The notes under the pieces were generated by a model. It had not been told where the DNA came from. It saw nothing but the letters and a program-made list of their open reading frames with translations, and did no database searches. The position numbers were made by a program, and so were the translations under genes. From Tubulanus polymorphus (taxonomy: Eukaryota > Animalia > Nemertea), in contig NC_134027.1 of the NCBI RefSeq assembly GCF_964204645.1, positions 14,664,485 to 14,728,484 on the forward strand: 64,000 nucleotides of DNA, read 5' to 3'. Shown here piece after piece: positions 14,040-27,691 of the stretch (positions are counted from its first letter, which is position 1; each line of letters opens with the position of its first letter).

Positions 14040-14620
14040 GTTCAGACCGAATGAAATTATTTGATACGAGACACGACTAAGTTGTGTCCGAAACAGATAA
14101 ATATAGCTATGTGGTCAGTATTGGTCAAGATTTGGTCACTTGAATAGTTGTTAGATGAAAGCCCACACCATTTCTAATTATTTGACACCAAACACGACTG
14201 TGTTGCTTCTAGAATAAACAAATTACTTTAAGGTCAGTATTGGTAAAATATTGGTCAGTTAAATAGTTGTTAGATCATAGCCCGCACCGAATCTAGTAGC
14301 TCGACGCCCAAACACGATTTTATTGCTTTACTAAACATATAAATTACATATGGTGGGTTCTAGTTAGTGGTTACTGGTCAGTACTGGTCAAGCATTGGTC
14401 AGTTAAACAATTTTTAGTTTAATGTCCACATTATATCTAGTTATTTGACACCAAATAACTTAATTGTTCGCAAAACAGATAATTTACTATATAGCCAGTA
14501 CTGGTGATGCATTGGTCAGTTGATAGACCAAGGTCCACGCCACGAGTTATTTGATACTAAACATTATTGTGTCGTTTCGGAAAATTTATCTGTTGGGCAA
14601 TTTGTGGTCAGCCCTGGTTC
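14040..14620 (+). repeat. Degenerate ~120-bp tandem repeat with ggtcagtattggtca motif (mirror ~18608-19188)
   Basis: Recurrent ggtcagta(t/c)tggt...ttggtcagtt...tagttgttaga...ttgacaccaaa blocks at ~14113, 14232, 14376 and 14494. Confidence 0.65.
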
Positions 14621-15777
14621 GTTCACCGAAAGACTGAATTACTAATTAATTCAACAGATCATTAATTAATGGAAATGAAGATCAGTGTTAACTAAGTCCT
14701 TAGTCTGAATAAAATGTATGTGGTATTATATGGGTGCTATGGTGCTGTACACCGAACGGTAACTTTTTATTTTCACTACTACCGTAATTGACTATGATGT
14801 TTTCAAGTGGTCTTAAGTACCGTTAATAGCCGAAAGTCGTTGATTTAGGTGAAATTTACACACAGCGCCACCCGTTGGTAGTAAAAGTCACCCGAGCAAT
14901 ACGGGTGTTAAATACATACGCTAGCAAACCGGCATTCTCATAATGACTCGACAAACTCGTTCCCGTGCATTTTTATCTCTGTTTCAGCACACAGCCCCTC
15001 TACCAAATCCCTAACCCCTGTTCGACCAACTTTGGTCTTTTTCCTTTGAAATATAAGCGTAATTGTAAAAGATAGGCTGCGTGGTTCACGCGAGCTCTTT
15101 ATTATAGGCAGTATACGGAGCTCCGCGAACCGGCCATTCTCAGGACTGGGTGAAGTTACTGTGAATAAATGGGATTCGACCATTCAAAAGTTCAAAATGT
15201 ACTTTCTTGTTTTGTAAAACAAGTTTATTTATGTTGTTATATAAAGCATTTTGTTTCAAAAATTCTTTAATAATGTTTGTTGACTTTAAAGCCATGAAGC
15301 AGTGCTTTGTAATTATATAGGTGTAATAGAGTAATTTTGACTTTGTATTGACCTACCTTTTGGTTTGTGCGCATGCGTCCATAACGATAACCACTCGGGC
15401 GCCATTTTATATTTTCATTCGTTCGAATTGATTTTCGCGAAAGGTAGAAAGTTTCTAATGTCCGATCGACAGTACCGGTAGCGCCGCTACTTAGCAATAA
15501 TAAGAACTAATGTTATTGACGATGTTTTGTTAAGTGGAAAGACGCCGAGTACCAGTATATATCCGATAGGTTCGAATCCCCAATTTCTTCGGGATGATTT
15601 GATTTTAAAATAGCGATCGTTTTAATAGATTTGGTGTACCTTATTAAACTTACCCACCGTCAACACACCTGCCGGATGTGAAACAGGGGACGTCCTATTC
15701 CAACGACGCTAAAGATTTTGTGTGAATTTTATGGTACTGTAACGGCGGTATGAATTAAATTCAGCTTAGACTTAAAG

Positions 15778-16817
15778 TAGCACACATCGTTCATACAACA
15801 TTCGGAAACGTTCGTGAAAGTTGTGTGATAGTTTATAATGTAACGTTCAGGCGATAACGTTTTCTGAAGGTTTTTCTAAACGTTATCATCCAAGAGCCTG
15901 CAGCAAATTATTAGTTAAGTCAGATATCATCAATATAGTCCGTTTTAAGCAAATCCCGACGTGGATTCCTACATTTTAATACCATTTGAAAGCAAGATTC
16001 AAACTTTCGGGAGTAAAGAAAAATATGGGATTCGAAACCGATGGATACCGTGACCTATCAAAGCAGGAAGTGATCGCCATTGTTCATCAATCAGCTTTAA
16101 GCGGCGTGTTTTAGGGATTTAAAAATCGTTTATTTACTGAGGTACGTTATTCAACCCACAAATTTTGATACTTTCAATATATGGAAAAATACCGATAGAA
16201 TGTTTTTGAAACAATCTTTTATGTAGGAACCCACGTTAGATACCTTTTCGTCGGGTTTTATATCAATGAAATGACCTAACTGTTGTTCTCCAATAACAAG
16301 CATAACAATCCCTGTGTGTATGGATGAAATGAACTTCAAGGCTTAACACAACCATGAAAATAAAAGTTTCTGTATCATTTCCTTTTTATTTTAGGAATCA
16401 CAAAGGCTGCCAGCTACGCTGTAACGACGACGACTGGTGCACTGGAGAACTAACTTACGAGTGAATAATTTCGATATTATACATATATATATATATACGT
16501 AGTTACAAAATAAAAGTTAGGTAAAATAATTCAAATATTAGTTAGTTGAAAGGGATTTATTCGAGCTCGTGAAAGAGGACATCATGGTTATAATGTAACG
16601 TCATACGAACGTTATTGGAACGTTTTTATCAAGCTCAATGGTTGCAGAGAGGTTGTGAAGTAACGTTCAGTCAACGTTATCAAAAACGTTCTGTGAACCT
16701 TAAAATACATTTACAAAAAACGTTCTACAAACGTTGCACGAACGTTCAACATTAACGTTAAAATGTTAGTGAAAAACTTTTAGAAAACGTTCTTTGAACG
16801 TTTTTTTGTTAGCTGGG
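15778..16817. mobile_element. Copy of the CCCAGCTA-TIR element, lacking its first 6 bp, in the palindrome spacer
   Basis: Closely matches 10857-11888 (scattered substitutions, extra ttaag near 15915). Ends TAGCTGGG at 16817; starts at tagcacac. Confidence 0.9.
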
Positions 16818-19800
16818 TTACTTCTATTACTCTGACAGGAGTTTTTATGTCATAATTTTTTTTACCTCATGTGTAACTCAATTATAGCAGAGTTGATAGT
16901 TTTATTATTAATTTATAAATAAATTAGTATTATTATTCTAATTATTGGATTGATTATTATTAAGAGATATGACATAATAAACATATATATAATGCACAGA
17001 TATGGATGTTATATATAATGCAAAGATATGGATGTTATAATGATAATGTATTTCTACTCGCATAGAAATGAGACTAAAGTTTTCCTGTTTGGATATTCTA
17101 AAAGCTTATAAGTCCTTTGCCAAGGATATGAATGGTTTGTGATGATATTATGTTAACTAAATTCATTTGTTGGTTGAACGATTTCAATTAATATCGCAAT
17201 ATTTAGCATTCGTGATAAAATTAATATGATAGAGATATGGCCATTTGTCTATTGTTTATGTTAGCAAAAGATTGCATTTGATATAGAAGGCTTTAAAATG
17301 TTTTGATGTATGGTTGAGATTTTCAAAATAAATGTTATGCTTACATGAGATAATTGGAACTAGATGTTTTATTTCATTTTTATCAAGTATCGATGGATGA
17401 GAAGTCTTTCGACGATGTGCAGTTAGCCCATTAGAGTTTGCCTTAAAATACTTTAAGTCTAAGCTGAATTTAATTCATACCGCCGTTACAGTACCATAAA
17501 ATTCACACAAAATCTTTAGCGTCGTTGGAATAGGACGTCCCCTGTTTCACATCCGGCAGGTGTGTTGACGGTGGGTAAGTTTAATAAGGTACACCAAATC
17601 TATTAAAACGATCGCTATTTTAAAATCAAATCATCCCGAAGAAATTGGGGATTCGAACCTATCGGATATATACTGGTACTCGGCGTCTTTCCACTTAACA
17701 AAACATCGTCAATAACATTAGTTCTTATTATTGCTAAGTAGCGGCGCTACCGGTACTGTCGATCGGACATTAGAAACTTTCTACCTTTCGCGAAAATCAA
17801 TTCGAACGAATGAAAATATAAAATGGCGCCCGAGTGGTTATCGTTATGGACGCATGCGCACAAACCAAAAGGTAGGTCAATACAAAGTCAAAATTACTCT
17901 ATTACACCTATATAATTACAAAGCACTGCTTCATGGCTTTAAAGTCAACAAACATTATTAAAGAATTTTTGAAACAAAATGCTTTATATAACAACATAAA
18001 TAAACTTGTTTTACAAAACAAGAAAGTACATTTTGAACTTTTGAATGGTCGAATCCCATTTATTCACAGTAACTTCACCCAGTCCTGAGAATGGCCGGTT
18101 CGCGGAGCTCCGTATACTGCCTATAATAAAGAGCTCGCGTGAACCACGCAGCCTATCTTTTACAATTACGCTTATATTTCAAAGGAAAAAGACCAAAGTT
18201 GGTCGAACAGGGGTTAGGGATTTGGTAGAGGGGCTGTGTGCTGAAACAGAGATAAAAATGCACGGGAACGAGTTTGTCGAGTCATTATGAGAATGCCGGT
18301 TTGCTAGCGTATGTATTTAACACCCGTATTGCTCGGGTGACTTTTACTACCAACGGGTGGCGCTGTGTGTAAATTTCACCTAAATCAACGACTTTCGGCT
18401 ATTAACGGTACTTAAGACCACTTGAAAACATCATAGTCAATTACGGTAGTAGTGAAAATAAAAAGTTACCGTTCGGTGTACAGCACCATAGCACCCATAT
18501 AATACCACATACATTTTATTCAGACTAAGGACTTAGTTAACACTGATCTTCATTTCCATTAATTAATGATCTGTTGAATTAATTAGTAATTCAGTCTTTC
18601 GGTGAACGAACCAGGGCTGACCACAAATTGCCCAACAGACAAATTTTCCGAAACGACACAATAATGTTTAGTATCAAATAACTCGTGGCGTGGACCTTGG
18701 TCTATCAACTGACCAATGCATCACCAGTACTGGCTATATAGTAAATTATCTGTTTTGCGAACAATTAAGTTATTTGGTGTCAAATAACTAGATATAATGT
18801 GGACATTAAACTAAAAATTGTTTAACTGACCAATGCTTGACCAGTACTGACCAGTAACCACTAACTAGAACCCACCATATGTAATTTATATGTTTAGTAA
18901 AGCAATAAAATCGTGTTTGGGCGTCGAGCTACTAGATTCGGTGCGGGCTATGATCTAACAACTATTTAACTGACCAATATTTTACCAATACTGACCTTAA
19001 AGTAATTTGTTTATTCTAGAAGCAACACAGTCGTGTTTGGTGTCAAATAATTAGAAATGGTGTGGGCTTTCATCTAACAACTATTCAAGTGACCAAATCT
19101 TGACCAATACTGACCACATAGCTATATTTATCTGTTTCGGACACAACTTAGTCGTGTCTCGTATCAAATAATTTCATTCGGTCTGAACGTAAATATAACA
19201 ACTCTTTTACCTGTACAAGCTACACCAGTACTGTCTAATTACCGGTTAAATGTTTTTAGAAATAATACGGGGTATTGCCTGAATCCTTCGTCAGTACTAC
19301 TCTTATTAAATGTGTCGTTTTAAAAGTCTTGTCCAATTTTTATTGTAGGAAGCGAGCTAACTTTGAAATTTCCCACCAAATGCAAAAGATTTCCACATCG
19401 GGTTTTGAACGAACAACGTTTCGATTTGTAATTGTAACGTGCGCATTTTAGCTTGTAACGTGCACATTTCACTAGTGTGAACGTGCGTATCGGTACCATT
19501 ATGCGAAACTTGTCAAACTTTTGCGTTCAAGACGTTTAAACTGAACACTAAAGGAGATATCATATCATATCATATCATATCATATATATGAATAATGAAT
19601 AGATGGAAGATAATGTAGTAGTTTTGAATGTTTCGTAACTGCTGTCCACTGACCGCAGATCATCAAAGTTAATCGCCTCATATGAAATATATATTCGTTA
19701 TAAGGGATGTAGTAGTTCAGTGAGAATTCAAACTTATGGGTAATTTTAAGTGATCACAACGCTGACCAATAGAGAAAGCTGTATCACAACAAAAGTGCGA

Positions 19801-22800
19801 CTTACGTATCTTATTGAAACATTGTAAAATACCGGAGAGTAAATGGGAGAACCCTGAATTCGAAACAATTCCACACTCGGATCGTTTACTTTGAAAACAC
19901 AATCTGCAATTTGTGGACATCCATTATTTCTGCACCAAAAGCATGAAGTATATTATCTTTGCTCGTAAAAATTTGAAATTTTGAGGAAGATTTTTGGCCT
20001 CGTTAACCTGTGAACACGTCCTTCATATATTTTCTAAGACCGATCTTGATATAATGCTGAGAGTTTAGAGAAAATTATGGTAGGATGTAAACTTAGGCCG
20101 CTTCGTATTCGTGGAAGGTTGCTAATTATTGATCTTATACACAATAATCATAAGTACGTAACACGAGACTCCATAGAATATCGTTTTTCAATCATACGTA
20201 CACAAATTATTGCGATATAAAGATAAATGGTACTTTAATATACTTTTTACTTCTTATACTGAATATTTCTTTAGTAGTATTAATAAAGAGTGGATCAGCA
20301 GGCTACCTGAGCCCATTCCACGATTTGAGGTCAGTTGCCAAAAGTTAGTAAGTTTACATACCAGTGGATAGTTAACATTTAAAATGACAATTAAAACTTC
20401 ATTGCTAAAAATAACTTTGTATTCGTAGAATAGTCACACTCAAATGCGGAGAATTGATAATACCATAATACGATACGAAAATTCACTGTGTACAAATTCA
20501 AAAAGATGATCTCTAGTGAACGATCGAACGTTGTGTCGTTATTTTCTAATGATAAAACTTGGTTTGAGATTTGAAATGTGTACATATTGAATCTTTTTCA
20601 TATTAACAGTGTATTTGGTCATGTATCATATTGTATAATGGTTAATTTAAACTAACTGGTTTTAGAGTTGTATCCTTAAATCCTGTAATAGAGGATGCAA
20701 TCTTTTTGCGACAAACAGTACAAATAGCTAGAAAAAGCAACGATAGTGCATTGGTAAACTTAAAGCAAGCGTACATTGGTTGTTTAGGTTTTTCGTTGGG
20801 AAAATTAATGTTTAATCATTATTGAAATATCCGAGGCGAGCTTTTCCAGGAATTTACAAAGTTGAGCTTCACACAAGGATTTTTTTTGTAGTCCGATATC
20901 CGTGATTACCTCTGGCTTGGAGAGATACAATCTAAAACCAACCGTCGAGTCAAATATTTTACCACAATTTTCTATGATTAGTAAAAAGATTAAGTAATAG
21001 ACATAGGCATGCAAACAGTAATATCTGAAGTCCACTCCATTTCAAACTCATTCATCTTTACACAAACTCCAACTTGTTGAACAGTTCAAAATCGCGTGGC
21101 TTGAATTATTACGATAACTAAAATCAGTGACCACGATACTTGCTCATCTACACTGGCTTCCAATTTAACAAAGGATTGAATTTGAGTGTTTGATGTTGTA
21201 ACAATAGGCCTACCATACTGAATTACGGATTCACTTTCTACTTTTTGATTGAACATTTATATCACATATTGGGTCATTTCATTTTTACCAGTATAGGCCT
21301 AATTGGAAGAACCTATCCGTATATCATGTTTAATTTTATCCCAGCTAACAAAAAAACGTTCAAAGAACGTTTTCTAAAAGTTTTTCACTAACGTTTTAAC
21401 GTTAATGTTGAACGTTCGTGCAACGTTTGTAGAACGTTTTTTTGGAAATGTATTTTAAGGTTCACAGAACGTTTTTGATAACGTTGACTGAACGTTACTT
21501 CACAACCTCTCTGCAACCATTGAGCTTGATAAAAACGTTCCAATAACGTTCGTATGACGTTACATTATAACCATGATGTCCTCTTTCACGAGCTCGAATA
21601 AATCCCTTTCAACTAACTAATATTTGAATTATTTTACCTAACTTTTATTTTGTAACTACGTATATATACATGTATAATATCGAAATTATTCACTCGTAAG
21701 TTAGTTCTCCAGTGCACCAGTAGTCGTCGTTACAGCGTAGCTGGCAGCCTTTGTGATTCCTAAAATAAAAAGGAAATGATACAGAAACTTTTATTTTCAT
21801 GGTTGTGTTAAGCCTTGAAGTTCATTTCATCCATACATACAGGGATTGTTATGCTTGTTATTGGAGAACAACAGTTAGGTCATTTCATTGATATAAAACC
21901 CGACGAAAAGGTCTCTAACGTGGGTTTCTACATAAAAGATTGTTTCAAAAACATTCTATCGGTATTTTTCCATATATTGAAAGTATCAAAATTTGTGGAT
22001 TGAATAACGTACCTTAGTAAATAAACGATTTTTAAATCCCTTAAACACGCCGCTTAAAGCTGATTGATGAACAATGGCGAACACTTCCTGCTTTGATATG
22101 TCACGATATCCATCGGTTTCGAATCCCATATTTTTCTTTACTACCGAAAGTTTGAATCTTGCTTTCAAATGGTATTAAAATGTAGGAATCCACGTCGGGA
22201 TTTGCTTAAAACGGACTATATTGATGATATCTGACTAATAATTTGCTGCAGGCTCTTGGATGATAACGTTTAGAAAAACCTTCAGAAAACGTTATCGCCT
22301 GAACGTTACATTATAAACTATCACACAACTTTCACGATCGTTTCCGAATGTTGTATGAACGTTGTGTGCTAGCTGGGATATAATCTGACTTTTGAGATGT
22401 CATTCAATCAATGCATTCATATGCGGTCGTCGCTTTCAAAAGCCACCACGGACTGACTCCTTAGCGATACCTTGGCGGACGATCCCACACGTTTCTTGCT
22501 CCAGCCCTAGAATGCTCAATTATAAGGCGCTTTTACGAAATTGAATCTGATTCGGTTTAGCTAAATCCGATTCGATGTTGGAAAACGTAAGGATTAGTAA
22601 ATCGAATCGTTTTTCGTAAATGAGTCGAATCAATTTATCAATCTAAAGGTCGCGATTCGAAAGAAAATGGGCGTCAATGGTGACCGAATTATTGATAGAT
22701 GATGGTCTGCAATAGATGTCTTTAGCCCGCGGTCGAAGAGGACGCCATGTTGGATTTCACTGACTAAATCGCCACTAACTTGCTCGCCGAGCAAGTTAGT

Positions 22801-24368
22801 CGATTTAATAAATCCATTTACTAAACCGCGTCCATAAACGAGTTGATTTACCAAATCGGATTCACTAAACCGCGTGCCGTAAACGTGAAACTTAAATCGA
22901 TTTACAAAGATTCAGTTTCGTAAAAGCGCCTATAGACGTCATGAACACCCGATTTGAATTCAAATTCAAAAGACTCCTAAAAACGCACCTGTTTACTCGA
23001 TTACTGTAAAGCGCCTTTGAGCATTTATATGCAAGAATCAGTGAAATTGGCGCTTTATCAGTTGTATTCATCATTCAAACCATTATTCTCCTTATCCTAT
23101 GAATTTGGAGACCCATCCTCGCATGGGAATGAATATAATGTGATTTCAATTAAAGATGACACATGGCCTCATATCATTACGTTATGTTTTTTAACGGGTG
23201 GGCGAGATTATATTCTTATGTTTTTGTTTCTCTGAATGTCGCTATTTAAGAGTTCAATAATAATTTCAGTCAACCAAACAAAGGATTTTTCTGTATGTTT
23301 CGTGTCCTGTTTTTCCATAACCCTAGGACTGCATTTTAGGTATTTTTCGTGGATGACCGAACGCTGCTGTCCCTTTCTAGTAATTTGATGATATCTGTCG
23401 AAATCTAAATTTTAAAAAGGAATCAGGCATATCTCCTTGTTTGACTAAGTAAGAACTCAACTTTAAGGGACACTCCCTTAAAGGCGCCAAAGTAAAATCA
23501 TGTGTCGAGTGGAGATGATATTGTGTCAGAATTTCTTCAAAAGCGGAGAAAATTGAATATTTTGAAAATAATGATTTCACATGCATGTTTGAATCCGTTA
23601 TAACTGGAGCAATTTTCATAAAAACATATCTATGGAATCAACGAAATGTAATTAAGAAGAATACTATGTTTAAGATGTTATCAAAGGCATTTGAAAAAAG
23701 TTTTCTGATTTCGTCAACTGTGAAACTAGTGTCAACCAGATGTGTTCCCATTCAACGAACCGACTGCGAGCCGAGTCGATGTGAGATGTGACCTACACTG
23801 AAAATCTCAAGCGCTACCACTGGTTTTTAGGTGCTTCTGAATGTCGGCCGTTAAAAAACTAAACAATTGCCATTTGGAAAGGGCCTAGTTAGAGAAAATG
23901 CTAGATGTGTATATTGTGTGATATTTCATGTGCGTTTGGAATTTAACCTTGTTTGTAACGAAACACACATGTTCTTTTCTATTTTAGAAGAGCGCATGAT
24001 AATGCAATAAAGAACTGACAATGAAAAAGGGGTAACAGGTGACTGATATCACACCGAATTTCAATTCCTATGAACACTTTTCATATAGTGAATTCTGTAC
24101 AAGAGTCTAAAAAAACTTGAAATATTAACGAAACAGTTTTTTGACGGACAAATCGTTACCATCGAATTTTCAAAACTTTTTTAATGCCTTGGTGACCACT
24201 GGTCTAGTACGCGGTTTTCTGAAACAAAAGTGGCCAAGTTTAAAGAACGACAAATTATTACAAATATTAGGAGCCTAATGCGTTTAATGATTTAATTAAT
24301 TGGCATCGCGCTGATTGGTTGAAAGACGGTTGTTAGTCATCTTGCCTGTGATTTAATTGTTTTTTTAA

Positions 24369-27333
24369 GCATCGATTGACCATAGATTTAATCTTATCAT
24401 AACTAATTTGCAGGTGGTTCTCGCAAACATTTTCTATTCGTTTTCAAACGCAGTACTGTTCAGATGATTCGCGTCAAGCTTTGAGTCAAGTAGTAAAAAA
24501 GTTTATGTATTAGCATTACTATGCAGTCAAAATTACGCACTGCGGCAAGTGAGGTGCTGTGATCCAGATGTGAAACCTATTTAGGAGTAATATATTTCCA
24601 TCATGTCAACGCCATTCAGAAACAGTAGCAAAACATACTGCTGGTCTCTAGAAATAACAATACGACGACAACCACTTTCGAATTCGACGATATTCGAGAA
24701 GTTTCACTTGGGCAGTGGTGGTCAGTGATGGTCAATTTATGAATTCTAATGGGGAATGCTTTCTAGTTTCACACCAAATGCGGTACCGGTATATCTTTCT
24801 TACATTCGAGAAGTTTCAATTGGTCAGTGGTGGTCAGTGATGGTCAATTCATGAAATTTCAATGGCGAATCCTTTCTAGTTTGACACCATAACGCGGTAT
24901 ATCGTTCTCATATTCGAGAAGTTTGAATTGGTCAGTGGTGGTCAGTGATGGTCAATTTATGAATTCTCAATATCTATGGCGAATCCTTTCTAGTTTGACA
25001 CCATAACGCGGTATATCGAACTCATATTCGAGAAGTTTGAATTGGTCAGTGGTGGTCAGTGATGGTCAATTTATGAATTTGCAATGATGATACCTCGGTA
25101 GTTTGAAAACAAACATGACTTGATAAATTTCCGAAATTCGCAGTCAGATGTTCAGACTCGGGAATATCTCAATTGGTCAGTTTCTGACCATCATGGTGTC
25201 ACCATTGTGGTCTATAGCTCAAATGAAACACGTGGGACCGACGAAAGGGCCCAAAAGCGTAAGTCATTTCCTGAGTGATGTGATCCAAAAATGCCCTAAC
25301 TGGAAAAGGCAGTCTTTCAATTGGACGAAACCAAATCGGACAGAACAATTAAAATTTGGGAAGGCCACAGACAGTGGTCTTTCTACGAAGCCCACGCGGT
25401 AGGCCTATACTTTGAACGTATCATTATGAAATCTTTTTTTAAACCACCATGTACCACATTAAGTAATAAGCATCGTTGTAAGCACTTGAAACACCCATTA
25501 ACCACTTGAAACTGTCAGATCAAACATCATACCGCATCCCCGCAAAGAGGGGTAGTTCAGCAAACCGGAGCTTTCATTTGCCTATCTAGACTACCCCGCC
25601 AGTACGGGTAGCCGAGCAAACCGGAAAACTCATAATGGGAGCTAATTATTCCATCAGGGATAGTGTACTATAGTCATGTTATCAAAATGTTCCTTATTAG
25701 TTCCGCTGCATCGCTAAAACCCCTGATTCAGGGGTCGCGTTAGCGATATACCACGACACTAAGGTTCTCAGTGAAACAGTAACCTGTGATTTGGCGATTC
25801 TCGGAGCCATCCTTCTTGATGACGTCACTAACATATCTTATTCCCAGTCAGCAGAGACAAGTTCTAATATCATAGAGTGCATCGCTGGAGGCATTATGAG
25901 TTTTCCGGTTTGCTCGGCTACCCGTACTGGCGGGGTAGTCTAGAGAGGCCAATGAAAACTCCGGTTTGCTGAACCACCCCTCTTTGCGGGGATGCGGTAT
26001 GATGTTTGATCTGACAGTTTCAAGTGGTTAATGGCTGTTTCAAGTGCTTACAACGATGCTTATTACTTCGTGGTACATGGTGGTTTAAAAAAAGATTTCA
26101 TAATAATACGCTCACCGCGTGGGCTTCGTAGAAAGACCACTACCTGTGACCTTCCCAAATTTTAATTGTCCTGTCCGATTTGGTTTCATCTAATTGAGAG
26201 ACTGCCTTTTCCAGTTAGGGCATTTTTGGATCACGTCACTCCAGGAAATGACTTAACGCTTTTGGGCCCCTTCGTCGGTTCCACATGTTTCATTTGAGCT
26301 ATAGACCACAATGGTGACACCATGATGGTCAGTAACTGACCAATTGAGATATCCCCGAGTCTGAACACTTGACTTCGAATTTCGGAAATTTATCATGTAA
26401 TGTTTGTTTTCAAACTACTAAGGAATCATCATTGCAAATTCATCACTGACCATCACTGACCACCAATGACCAATTCAAACTTCTCGAATATGAAAACGAT
26501 ATACCGCGTTATGGTGTCAAACTAGAAAGGATTCGCCATTGAAAATTAATCAATTGACCATCACTGACCAATTGAAACTTCTTGAAAGAACGATATACCG
26601 GTACCGCATTTGATGTGAAACTAGAAAGGATTCGCCATTGAAAATTAATCAATTGACCATCACTGACCACCACTGACCAATTGAAACTTCTTGAAAGAAC
26701 GATATACCGGTACCGCATTTGATGTGAAACTAGAAAGGATTCGCCATTGAAAATTCATAAATTGACCATCACTGACCACCACTGACCAATTGAAACTTCT
26801 TGAAAGAACGATATACCGGTACCGCATTTGATGTGAAACTAGAAAGGATTCGCCATTGAAAATTCATAAATTGACCATCACTGACCACCACTGACCAATT
26901 GCAACTTCTTGAAAGAACGATATACCGGTACCGCATTTGGTGTGAAACTAGAAAGGATTCGCCATTAAAATTCATAAATTGACCATCACTGACCACCACT
27001 GCCAACGTGAAACTTCTAAAATATCGTGGTCGAATTCGAAAGTGCTTGTCGTCGTATTGCTATTTCTAGAAACCAGCAGAAAGTTTTGCTACTGTTTTTG
27101 AATGGCGTTGACATGATGGAAATTTATTACCCATAAATGGGTTACACATCTGGATCACAGCACCTCACTTGCCGCAGTGCGTTATTTTAACTGCATAGTA
27201 ATGCTAATACATAAACTTTTTTACTACTTGACTCGAATCATCTGAACAGTACTGCGTTTGAAAACTCAACGAATAGAAAATGTTTGCGGGAAGCGCCTAC
27301 AAATAAGTTGTAATAAGATTAATTAATCGATGC
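24369..27333. mobile_element. Mirror copy of foldback element
   Basis: Reverse complement of 5895-8859. Confidence 0.85.
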
Positions 27334-27338
27334 ATGAA

Positions 27339-27516
27339 TGTTCTCAATTAAATTCATCGCCGAATAAAACAAGCCTTTGTAGCTGTAATAACAATGAAAT
27401 CGTTATTTTGTGGATCATAACTTTATTACGGCGTAATGTCCGCCAAAACCAAACTTATTTTCTAAACACAGAGGGCACCACTCTATGGAAACAAAACAAT
27501 ATCTTCGTTCGGAACA
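27339..27516 (-). mobile_element. BEL/Pao 3' LTR, mirror copy
   Basis: Reverse complement of 5712-5889. Confidence 0.8.
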
Positions 27517-27691
27517 CTCCCCTCTGGAAATTAAGGGTTTAATTTTCACACATAAACTTCTAAAAGATATACATAATTGTACTGAATGTTATGATACTAC
27601 CTAAGAAATACGATCAATTACTAAAATTACTTCGTACACTGTAGAATAGTTAAATGCTAAAACAATTTAACGTGTATGTAGAAGCATACAG

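Larger units (their letters stand above)
1..15779 (+). repeat. Left arm of giant inverted duplication (palindrome); probably continues upstream of the window
   Basis: Every ORF has a mirror ORF with start+end sum 33228 (e.g. 143..1141 vs 32087..33085). The arm ends at ...cttagacttaaagta (15779), complementary to tactttaagtctaag at 17449. Confidence 0.98.

Noticed and set aside
15530-15585. tRNA-like B box ggttcgaatccc (similar motif near 38670, minus strand)
   Set aside because: No cloverleaf or convincing A box can be built; at most a decayed SINE head.
9437-23791. Numerous 60-80 aa ORFs present twice, appearing conserved
   Set aside because: Identity is due to the palindrome; they have no recognisable motifs and many lie in MITEs.
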